Shown: piece after piece, positions 56,794 to 64,000 of the stretch
Numbering within the stretch: the first letter of the stretch is position 1
Layout of the letters: each line of letters opens with the position of its first letter
Assembly (NCBI GenBank): GCA_963849825.1
Contig: CAWKIK010000003.1
Coordinates: 179,700-243,699, forward strand
DNA: 64,000 nt
From: an uncultured Gammaproteobacteria bacterium
GTDB taxonomy: Bacteria; Pseudomonadota; Gammaproteobacteria; JASBUN01
Direction of reading: 5' to 3'
Translations under genes and position numbers: made by a program
The notes under the pieces: model-generated
The model's database searches: none
The model's input: only the letters and a program-made list of their open reading frames with translations
What the model was told of the DNA's origin: nothing

Positions 56794-57330
56794 TCAATTG
56801 AGTTGCACGGAGAAATTCAATGCCACAGCCGGATCATCGATCAAATCGGGAATCTTCGGCAGTACCGAAACGTTCGCCTCGAAAGGTCCCGCACCGAGGG
56901 TCAACAGCGGCAGTATCCCACCTGTCAGGTCGCGGTCGCTTTCTCCAAACTGCAATCGCCGATAAGTGACCCCCGCCACTAGGCCTGCTGCCACATAGAC
57001 CCCGCCGTTGGCACTGTGCCACCACGGCCAGCGCTTGCCGACACCGGCCAACCAGGCGTCGCCATCGTAGCTGTCGATATAGCTGGACGCGACGGCGAAC
57101 ATTCCGGCCGGCCAGCGAGCCTCCAATCCGATGCCGCCATTGGTCTCGCGCAGGTCCTGGCGCGGCGTCTCGGTGTCATAGTGAAAAGACAATCCGTTCA
57201 GCACCAACCGATAGCGGGTGTGACTGAAATCCGGCGCCGCAATGGCCGCGGCACTGAACGACGTCATCGCTGCACAAGCGGCGATGAGTGCTGCCTTGTG
57301 GACGTGAAATAGTGCTTTGTCGCGGTACAT
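56794..57330 (-). CDS. Small outer-membrane beta-barrel protein (PagL-like lipid A deacylase / OmpW-like family)
   Basis: Signal peptide, ~150-aa body with alternating hydrophobic pattern, HYD and NGG motifs, C-terminal FSVQLN. Confidence 0.45.
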   Translation of the reverse strand: MYRDKALFHVHKAALIAACAAMTSFSAAAIAAPDFSHTRYRLVLNGLSFHYDTETPRQDLRETNGGIGLEARWPAGMFAVASSYIDSYDGDAWLAGVGKRWPWWHSANGGVYVAAGLVAGVTYRRLQFGESDRDLTGGILPLLTLGAGPFEANVSVLPKIPDLIDDPAVALNFSVQLN

Positions 57331-57573
57331 TGGGCCACCCGAACACGATCAATTTGGCTGTTGAAGAGGGTAGCTCAGATCGCGCCCGTTGCATAACCTG
57401 CCCTTGCCGCTGGGGCCGAGCCTGCGGATCCGATACACTGCGTGGCCAGTGACCCCGGGGCCGACGGCCCCTAATCCGTGTAGGCCGCGCCCTTGATATC
57501 GGCCGCGTTTTGGCAGTCGTGCGCTGAAATGTGAATGAGTAATGTGCGCAGCGGCGTTCACAGCGAGGAAGCG

Positions 57574-58194
57574 ATGGCAACTGAAGAGCAATTCGTTTTG
57601 GGCGTCGATCTGGACGGTGTGGTGGCGGATTTCATCCGTGGATTGAGACCGATTGCCGCGGAATGGCTCGGCGTGCCGGAACCGAGCCTGACGCAAGAGT
57701 TGAGCTACGGATTCCGCGAATGGAATCTGTCTTCCTGCGGCGGCTATGAAGCGCTGCATCGTTTTGCCGTCAAGGAACGCGATCTGTTCCGGACTCTGCC
57801 GACCATTGACGGTGCGCCCGCCGTCTTGAGACGCCTTGCGACCCGTGACATCCGCATCCGCATCATAACCCATCGTTTGTATATCCCATGGTTCCATCGC
57901 GAGGCGGTCCAACAGACCGTGGAATGGCTCGAACAACACGGCATCCCATATTGGGATCTATGCTTCATGCGCGACAAGGCTGCCGTCGGCGCAAACCTAT
58001 ATCTCGAAGACAACCCTGCCAATATCGAGTCTTTGCGCGCCGACGGCCACCGCACCATCGTGGTACTCAATTCCACCAATCGCCATTTGGCCGGCCCGCG
58101 GGCTGAGAACTGGGAGCAGATCGAGCAATTGGTCGTGACGGATCTCGACCGATGGCGGAAGTGCAATCCGACGAAAGGAATTGCCGGCAATTGA
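57574..58194 (+). CDS. HAD-superfamily 5'(3')-deoxyribonucleotidase-like phosphatase (NT5C family)
   Basis: VLGVDLDGVVADF (DxDx[TV] HAD motif I). Start at ATG 57574 with a GAGGAAG SD. Confidence 0.65.
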   Translation: MATEEQFVLGVDLDGVVADFIRGLRPIAAEWLGVPEPSLTQELSYGFREWNLSSCGGYEALHRFAVKERDLFRTLPTIDGAPAVLRRLATRDIRIRIITHRLYIPWFHREAVQQTVEWLEQHGIPYWDLCFMRDKAAVGANLYLEDNPANIESLRADGHRTIVVLNSTNRHLAGPRAENWEQIEQLVVTDLDRWRKCNPTKGIAGN

Positions 58195-58280
58195 GCTGCG
58201 CCGCCGGTCACAGATCAGCCAGAAACTGCTGGCGGATGCTGGCCCACGTGGCATTCGGACGCCGCGCCTCCCCCGCGCGG

Positions 58281-59360
58281 CTAGAACCAACCTTTGCGTT
58301 TGAAGTACATCAACATGGCGCCGGCCACCACAATCATGAGCAGCCACACCAACGGGTAGCCATAGTACCAATGCAATTCCGGCATCGCCCACGGGCTCGC
58401 GTCGTTACGAAAGTTCATACCGTACACTCCGACCACGAACGTCAGTGGTATAAAGATCGTCGCGATCATGGTTAACACGCGCATGATGTCATTGAGCCGG
58501 TTGCTGACACTGGAAAGATAAATATCCAACATCGACGTTGTCATGTCGCGGTAGGTTTCCAGCAGGTCCATGATCTGAATCGTATGATCGTAACAATCAC
58601 GGAAATAAATCTTGCTTTCATCGCTGATCACGCCAGTGTCATCACGGATCAGCGCGTTGACCACTTCTCTTTGCGGCCAGAGCATACGCCGCAGCTGCAA
58701 TAAATTTCGCTTCAGACGCTGAAGTCGATAAAGCGTGTCTCGATCGGGATTTTCCAGCAAATCGTCTTCCAGGCTTTCGACATCGTCACCCAGTTGCTCC
58801 AAAGGCGGGAAGCTTTCATCGATCACCAAGTCCACCAACGCATATAGCAGATGGTCGATGGCCCGGCCGCGGATCTTACCGGCTTGCTCCCTGAGTCGCT
58901 TGCGCACCGGCTCGAACGGATCCTGCACGCCCTGGTGAAAGCTGATCAGGAATCGCTCGCCCATGAACAGGCTGACTTGCTCCGTACTGGCCGTGCGAGT
59001 TGCCTGATCGAATCGCGCCAGGCTCAACACCGCGAACAGGTGCTTGCCATAGGTTTCGAATTTCGGCCGCTGGCCGGTATTGGCGATGTCTTCGAGTGCC
59101 AGGGGATGCAGCTCGAATACGGCGCCCAACGCGCGCAGGGTCTCGGCGTCGGGATGTCCTTGCACGTGGATCCAGGTATTGGAATCGCGGTGTGCAAACT
59201 CTCGGCAATCCTCCACATGAAGCAACCGGCGTTCCTCGAGGTTTTCACTCCCGTAATCCAGCAGCGACAACGTCAAGGGAAGCTGCTGTTCGTGCGCAGG
59301 ACGTTCCAGAGTACCGGGCGCAGTGCCGGGAGGGTGATAACGCTTGATGAAATAGGCCAT
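58281..59360 (-). CDS. corA: Magnesium/cobalt transporter CorA
   Basis: C-terminal TM pair with the YGMNF (GMN) signature and KRKGWF end. Confidence 0.88.
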   Translation of the reverse strand: MAYFIKRYHPPGTAPGTLERPAHEQQLPLTLSLLDYGSENLEERRLLHVEDCREFAHRDSNTWIHVQGHPDAETLRALGAVFELHPLALEDIANTGQRPKFETYGKHLFAVLSLARFDQATRTASTEQVSLFMGERFLISFHQGVQDPFEPVRKRLREQAGKIRGRAIDHLLYALVDLVIDESFPPLEQLGDDVESLEDDLLENPDRDTLYRLQRLKRNLLQLRRMLWPQREVVNALIRDDTGVISDESKIYFRDCYDHTIQIMDLLETYRDMTTSMLDIYLSSVSNRLNDIMRVLTMIATIFIPLTFVVGVYGMNFRNDASPWAMPELHWYYGYPLVWLLMIVVAGAMLMYFKRKGWF

Positions 59361-59652
59361 GGCGAAATATCGTGTGGCAAGGGAAAGTCGGCTATGCCCA
59401 GCATTACATCGGGCTGGGTAATTCTGTGCCGGAAGCGGTCTGCAAGCGAGTCCACGACCGCAGGCCGCCCGCCGGCAATGGATCAGATCACATTTGGGCC
59501 GTGACCGGCGTCGACATTTTTTACATGGGTCTGCCCTATATTCGCGCAGCTGTTTGCAAGCTCATGAAAGCAATGTATAAATGCTAGTGGCACTGATATT
59601 GCTCTGACGTTAATCAGCGGCTCAAACCATTTGATTATTGGAAAGGTAATAC

Positions 59653-59958
59653 ATGAATACGGTTTTGCTGATATTGGCGGCGCTGGGACTGGCGTTTATC
59701 GTCCTGGCAATGGCCGTGTTTCTATCGGCCGCGCGGCGCAACGTATCGGACGCAGAACTGGAATTCGAACAAAGCGGACTGAACGGCGTGGCGGGCAAAA
59801 CCTTTCGCCTGCGCTCGGGTGTCGATCGCCGTCGAGCTGACCGTCGGAGCCCTGAGAATGTCGTTCGCTTTCCGCTGACCGACAGCGAAGGCCGAAAGGT
59901 AGAACACGATCGACGGCGCGGTCAGCGCCGCGGACAACAGGAACGGCGGCGGGCGTAA
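59653..59958 (+). CDS. Small membrane-anchored protein with Arg-rich C-terminal tail (101 aa), hypothetical
   Basis: Strong SD GGAAAGG 7 nt before the ATG, N-terminal TM helix (VLLILAALGLAFIVLAMAVFL), basic tail. Confidence 0.5.
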   Translation: MNTVLLILAALGLAFIVLAMAVFLSAARRNVSDAELEFEQSGLNGVAGKTFRLRSGVDRRRADRRSPENVVRFPLTDSEGRKVEHDRRRGQRRGQQERRRA

Positions 59959-60016
59959 GGCAAGACCGAGCGCCGAGCCGGAACTGATGCCGGCGCTCGA
60001 ATCGAAGTGGACTGCA

Positions 60017-60358
60017 TCAACGATTGTAATAGAGGAAGAAGAACCGATCGCGTACCTGCTTGAATTTGAGATCCTCATCCAACTTGCCGTCCTGACTGCG
60101 AACGTGGACTCGGTTCTCCTCTTCGAACACTTGGAAGCTCAGATCGGAAACGCTCCGATTGGCATAATTCCTACCTAAGGTATTGATTAGATAACGAGAC
60201 GGGAATCCAGTTGCCGCACCGCGACTGACAAGATCCAGAGCGGCTGCGTCGGCATGTATCATCGCGTGGACGAATGCCCGCGCCGCTTCGCCGAGGGTCC
60301 TGTTGCCGTCTGCGGTAAATGCGGAACCCGCGGACGCATACTCAGGCGACCAAACCAT
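60017..60358 (-). CDS. Hypothetical protein (113 aa) in a locally lower-GC segment
   Basis: ORF with moderate GC3; the C-terminal half is encoded by AT-richer DNA than the surrounding genome. No homology recognised. Confidence 0.3.
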   Translation of the reverse strand: MVWSPEYASAGSAFTADGNRTLGEAARAFVHAMIHADAAALDLVSRGAATGFPSRYLINTLGRNYANRSVSDLSFQVFEEENRVHVRSQDGKLDEDLKFKQVRDRFFFLYYNR

Positions 60359-60757
60359 TTGTCTTACCCTCCCTGTAGTTACCCCCCGTGCGGGGATAGT
60401 AAATTAAGCAGCGAAACTGCCGACTGTCAAAGAAACTTGCCCATTTGGTTGGCGACGTGCTCCAGTAGTCCGTGACCGTCGCGCCACAGTAACGCACGTG
60501 CGTGACAAGATGGTGACTGATGTTCGGTGGCAGGCTCAGGAGTTTACACGTCGGACTGCGCAAAAGAGTTCCATATTTCTCTAACTGACCGCGGATAGCG
60601 ATTTTTTATTTATGACCCGCCATGCCACCTTAGTTGCAACCGGCGCTTTTTCAATGTATTCCGTCGGTTTGCTACATGCAGTTCCGAAATAGTACCGCGT
60701 GACGCGCTGCAGCGAAGCCGCTACCATCGGTCGCGTTGCGCCGCGCAAAGCCGTTCC

Positions 60758-62608
60758 ATGCAAACAAGCCTGATTATTTCGCTAGCCGGGATCGGATTCC
60801 TCGCCATTGCCTGCCAGTGGTTCGCCTGGTGGGTGAAACTGCCGGCGATTTTATTCTTGCTGATCGCCGGCATCGTAGCCGGGCCGTTGACCGGCTGGCT
60901 GAACCCGGAAGCGCTGTTCGGCCATTTGCTGTTCCCATTCGTATCGCTCGCCGTCGCGGTAATCCTGTTCGAAGGCGCCCTGACGCTTCGTATTCATGAA
61001 ATCAAAGGCTTGGAAAGGATCGTCCGGCGCATGGTAACGACCGGCTTGGCGGCCACCTGGGCGGTCACATCGATCGCCACCCATTTGTTGCTGCATCTGC
61101 CGTGGGAATTGTCATTTCTGTTCGGCGCCGTGACGGTCGTCACCGGACCTACCGTAATCGTACCCATGCTGCGCACCGTGCGCCCCACCGCGCGCATCTC
61201 CAATATCTTGCGCTGGGAAGGCATCGTCATCGACCCGATCGGCGCGCTGCTGGCAGTGCTGGTATTCGAATTCATCGCTTCCGGCCACCGCGGAGGCGCG
61301 TTCGGCCACACCTTGCTCACGTTCGCCCAGATCCTATCCATCGGCATTGTCGTGGGTGTGGGCTGCGGCTATTTACTCGGCACCATATTGCGGCGCCACT
61401 GGCTACCGGAATACCTGCACAACGTCGGCACACTGTCCCTGGTCTTCGTCGCCTTCGCTGTCTCCGATTCCATACAACCGGAATCGGGCCTGCTCACGGT
61501 CACCGTGATGGGTGTCTGGCTGGCCAATATGCGCAATGTCTCGGTCGACAACATCCTGGATTTCAAGGAAAGTCTGAGCGTGCTGTTGATATCGGGCCTG
61601 TTCATCATTTTGGCCGCGCGACTGAATCTGGCGGACGTCCGGGAACTGGGCTGGGCCGCCGCCGGTGTCTTCCTGGCGATGCAATTCATCGCCCGGCCGC
61701 TCAAAATCCTGATTTCCACTTGGGGCTCGTCTCTTTCGTGGCGCGAACGCGCCCTACTCGCCTGGATCGCGCCGAGGGGCATCGTTGCCGCGGCCATTGC
61801 GGCACTATTCGCCATCCGGCTGGGGACTCAGGGCTACGAACAGGCGCCGCAACTGGTACCGCTGACATTCCTGGTCATCATCGGCACCGTGGTACTGCAA
61901 AGCGCAACAGCGCGACCCATTGCACGACTGCTAAAAGTCGCCGAGCCGGAACCGAAGGGTTTCCTGATCATCGGCGCCAGTCCCGTGGCGCGCGCCATTG
62001 CGATCGCACTGTGTGAAAAAGGATTCCGCACCCTGTTGGCCGATACCTATTGGGACAACATTCGCGCCGCCCGCATGGCAGGCTTGGCAACCTACTACGG
62101 CAACGCGGTCTCGGAACATGCAGACCGCAACCTGGACCTGGTCGGCATTGGCCGGGTGCTGGCGCTATCGCCGCAAAAAGAACTCAATGCGCTGGCGTGT
62201 GTGCGCTATCGCAGTGAACTGGGCAACGAAAGCGTGTTTGCGCTGCCTGCAACTGCAGAAAAGGACAAGGAGGAGGAACGAATCGGCACGCCACGCTGCG
62301 GGCGGCTTGCGTTCGGCTATGATGTCACCTACTCCAAACTCGCCAGCTTGCTGTCCCAGGGCGCCGAAATCCACGACACGCAGTTGACCGACGATTTCGG
62401 CTTCGACGACTACAACGACCAATATCAGAAAAAAGCCATCCCGCTGTTCGCCATCGACGGTCGGGGTCGGCTGAGACCATTCACGGCCGAAGACAGTCCG
62501 AAACCAAGTGCAGGGTGGACGATCGTTGCCTTGGTACAAGCCAGTGAAGCGGATGACAGCGCTCGGGAGCCTGGCCAGGATGGCGAGGAACGGCGGCCGG
62601 GACCCTAA
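60758..62608 (+). CDS. CPA1-family Na+(K+)/H+ antiporter (NhaP-type) with C-terminal RCK/TrkA-like cytoplasmic domain
   Basis: 12-13 TM helices, conserved antiporter motifs (FLFGAVTVVTGPTVIVPML, ALLAWIAPRGIVAAAIA), cytoplasmic tail with GFLIIGASPVARAIAIAL Rossmann-like motif. Confidence 0.85.
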   Translation: MQTSLIISLAGIGFLAIACQWFAWWVKLPAILFLLIAGIVAGPLTGWLNPEALFGHLLFPFVSLAVAVILFEGALTLRIHEIKGLERIVRRMVTTGLAATWAVTSIATHLLLHLPWELSFLFGAVTVVTGPTVIVPMLRTVRPTARISNILRWEGIVIDPIGALLAVLVFEFIASGHRGGAFGHTLLTFAQILSIGIVVGVGCGYLLGTILRRHWLPEYLHNVGTLSLVFVAFAVSDSIQPESGLLTVTVMGVWLANMRNVSVDNILDFKESLSVLLISGLFIILAARLNLADVRELGWAAAGVFLAMQFIARPLKILISTWGSSLSWRERALLAWIAPRGIVAAAIAALFAIRLGTQGYEQAPQLVPLTFLVIIGTVVLQSATARPIARLLKVAEPEPKGFLIIGASPVARAIAIALCEKGFRTLLADTYWDNIRAARMAGLATYYGNAVSEHADRNLDLVGIGRVLALSPQKELNALACVRYRSELGNESVFALPATAEKDKEEERIGTPRCGRLAFGYDVTYSKLASLLSQGAEIHDTQLTDDFGFDDYNDQYQKKAIPLFAIDGRGRLRPFTAEDSPKPSAGWTIVALVQASEADDSAREPGQDGEERRPGP

Positions 62609-62648
62609 GCGTAGGCACCGGGTTGAAGAACGGATGGGAAACGGCGTT

Positions 62649-62822
62649 TCAGGTAGCAGGCTGGTCCGGCGCATCGGCGAGCATATTCCGATGCAACAGT
62701 ATGGCGGTTGCCAACAAGGCTTGCTCGCATTGATCGATCCACTCTTCCGAACTGGCCAATTGCGCAGCCTGACGCTGCATGTCGGCGATTGCTCGTTCAA
62801 CGGTTTCACGCCGCACATCCAT
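62649..62822 (-). CDS. Small hypothetical protein (~57 aa)
   Basis: ATG 62822 with AGGAG SD; MDVRRETVERAIADMQRQAAQLASSEEWIDQCEQALLATAILLH... The ORF-track version (to 62984) over-extends. Confidence 0.35.
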   Translation of the reverse strand: MDVRRETVERAIADMQRQAAQLASSEEWIDQCEQALLATAILLHRNMLADAPDQPAT

Positions 62823-63058
62823 TTTCACGCTCCTAGCCAAGCCATGAGAATACGACCTTGCTGGTTTCGAGGCTTGCGATCCATTACGCCCCTCGATGCC
62901 TGATTTATACCGAGGCCGCTGCCGGCGAATTGTGAGCTCCATCACACTTCCCTGGTCGCCGAAGTCAGCGCTCAGCTGCAACAAGATCGCGCTCCGTCAA
63001 TGCGGGCCGCGGCGCAAAGCGTCAAAATCGGGCCAGTCATCACGGGGGCCGGCATAGC

Positions 63059-63420
63059 GTGCAGACCTTGGACCCATCCACGAACCGCGGCGAACTGGTG
63101 TTTGAAATGCGGGCGGTCACGAAGACGTATGTAATGGGCGAAGTTCGCGTACAGGCCTTACGGGGTGTCGACTTGGACCTGTACACCGGCGAGCTGGTGG
63201 TGTTGCTGGGACCCTCCTGGAGCGGGAAATCAACATTGCTCAACATCCTGGGGGACTGGATCGTGCGACGTCCGGCTCCCTACGCTATCGAGGCCGGCAA
63301 TTGAGCGGCGCCGACGATAAGCAACTAACGGAGTTTCGGCGCTTTCACGTGGGCTTTGTGTTTCAATTCTGCGACCTGGTTCTCCGCAGGCGGCCCGGTT
63401 GATAGCCCACCCCGCCGAAC
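63059..63420 (+). pseudogene. Decayed ABC-transporter ATP-binding protein (LolD/MacB-type), N-terminal fragment with frameshift and mutated Walker A
   Basis: [52 protein letters not shown]. Walker A reads GPSWSGKST instead of GPSGSGKST. After LNILG the canonical continuation ([39 protein letters not shown]) is in the +1 frame and then degenerates; no Q-loop, signature motif or Walker B follows. Confidence 0.65.
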
Positions 63421-63511
63421 GCATCGAGGATGACGTCCAGATCACCGCAAAACGTATCGCGCACTGAAATGCGACCCGCGCACTCCGCGCGGATCGCATT
63501 CTCTCTGGAAG

Positions 63512-63817
63512 TTAGTGTGTATTGCGATGACGGCGGCTATGCCAACCCATGGCGCCGAACCCGAGCGCCAGGAGCAAGCCGGTCCCGGGTTCCGGGACAC
63601 TCGCATCGGCCAGCGGGGCAACGGGCTGCATCCAATTGCGCGCAGTCGTTTCCAACAGTCGATCGTCCGCGCCCTCGAGATAGTTACCGCGTAACTTATG
63701 GCAATCGTTTACCGAATACGTGGGCGAAATCGCCGGACAGTCGAACGCTGTCTGCAAATTATCTGTCGGTGCTCCGCCGTACGCTGCCACGCGCGCTGCA
63801 GCCGTGTTCGCTTGCAT
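63512..63817 (-). CDS. Small ORF with PEP-CTERM-type sorting tail (possible exosortase substrate remnant)
   Basis: C-terminus VPEPGTGLLLALGFGAMGWHSRRHR = PEP motif + TM helix + Arg cluster. No recognisable N-terminal signal peptide and an in-frame stop just upstream, so possibly truncated. Confidence 0.35.
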   Translation of the reverse strand: MQANTAAARVAAYGGAPTDNLQTAFDCPAISPTYSVNDCHKLRGNYLEGADDRLLETTARNWMQPVAPLADASVPEPGTGLLLALGFGAMGWHSRRHRNTH

Positions 63818-64000
63818 ACCGGCACAACTATGACTTTCGCGATACGGTGGCTACCAGTGGGACGCTTCCTGCAATTCGCGCATCACTTCTGAAAGTGAGG
63901 CACTATCGTTCTGAAGCATGCATACCAGATTGCCGACGCTGCATACCGACATTTCTTCGCTGCGCACAATCCAGCCGCCAGGAGGGGTCCAGCCTCGCAA

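Noticed and set aside
63851-64000. Minus-strand partial ORF running in from beyond the window end (…SEEMSVCSVGNLVCMLQNDSASLSEVMRELQEASHW*)
   Set aside because: Only 50 codons visible, no recognisable motif. Cannot be supported without the downstream sequence.

Overview
High-GC (~65%) gammaproteobacterial chromosome segment with Pseudomonas-like polar-flagellum gene organisation. The ORF track is heavily contaminated with alternative-frame and antisense shadow ORFs, which I ignore unless a homology signature is present.

The window contains:
(1) 1-9346: a sugar-modification island ending directly at flgL. It holds a large GT-like/sulfotransferase/TPR protein that the ORF track missed because it runs off the left edge of the window on the minus strand. 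It also holds a WbqC-like protein, a SAM methyltransferase, a DegT aminotransferase and a GDP-(6-deoxy)heptose-type pathway (HddC, GmhA, HddA, Gmd-like dehydratase, reductase). Two perfect divergent sigma-54 promoters lie in it. I interpret it as a flagellin glycosylation (possibly sulfation) island.
(2) 9516-20032: flgLKJIHGFEDCB on the minus strand. A 75-bp x ~3.6 tandem hairpin repeat sits in the flgI-flgJ spacer, and a perfect sigma-54 promoter sits upstream of flgB.
(3) cheR and cheV on the minus strand; flgA (sigma-54 promoter), flgM (sigma-28 promoter), flgN and a PilZ/YcgR-type flgZ on the plus strand.
(4) tRNA-Ala(CGC), terminator, tRNA-Arg(CCT), then spoT-like (p)ppGpp enzyme on the minus strand.
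(5) Housekeeping and envelope genes: thioredoxin-like, DUF2835, NERD, slt, spermidine-synthase-like, zntB, DUF481 OMP, AsmA/DUF748, DAACS symporter, tamB-tamA.
(6) The most unusual module: a PP2C phosphatase divergent from a hypothetical protein, then an N-terminal-HEAT-repeat / C-terminal Hanks Ser/Thr kinase whose stop overlaps the start of a PilT paralog, a second PilT/PilU paralog and an FHA-domain protein. This is a Thr-phosphorylation (T6SS PpkA/PppA/Fha-like) circuit wired to type IV pilus retraction ATPases.
(7) M1 peptidase, ChaN-PDZ, lipoprotein, small OMP, HAD 5'-nucleotidase, corA, CPA1 antiporter, a decayed ABC-ATPase pseudogene and a PEP-CTERM-tailed small ORF.

No CRISPR array, transposase or integrase was recognised.
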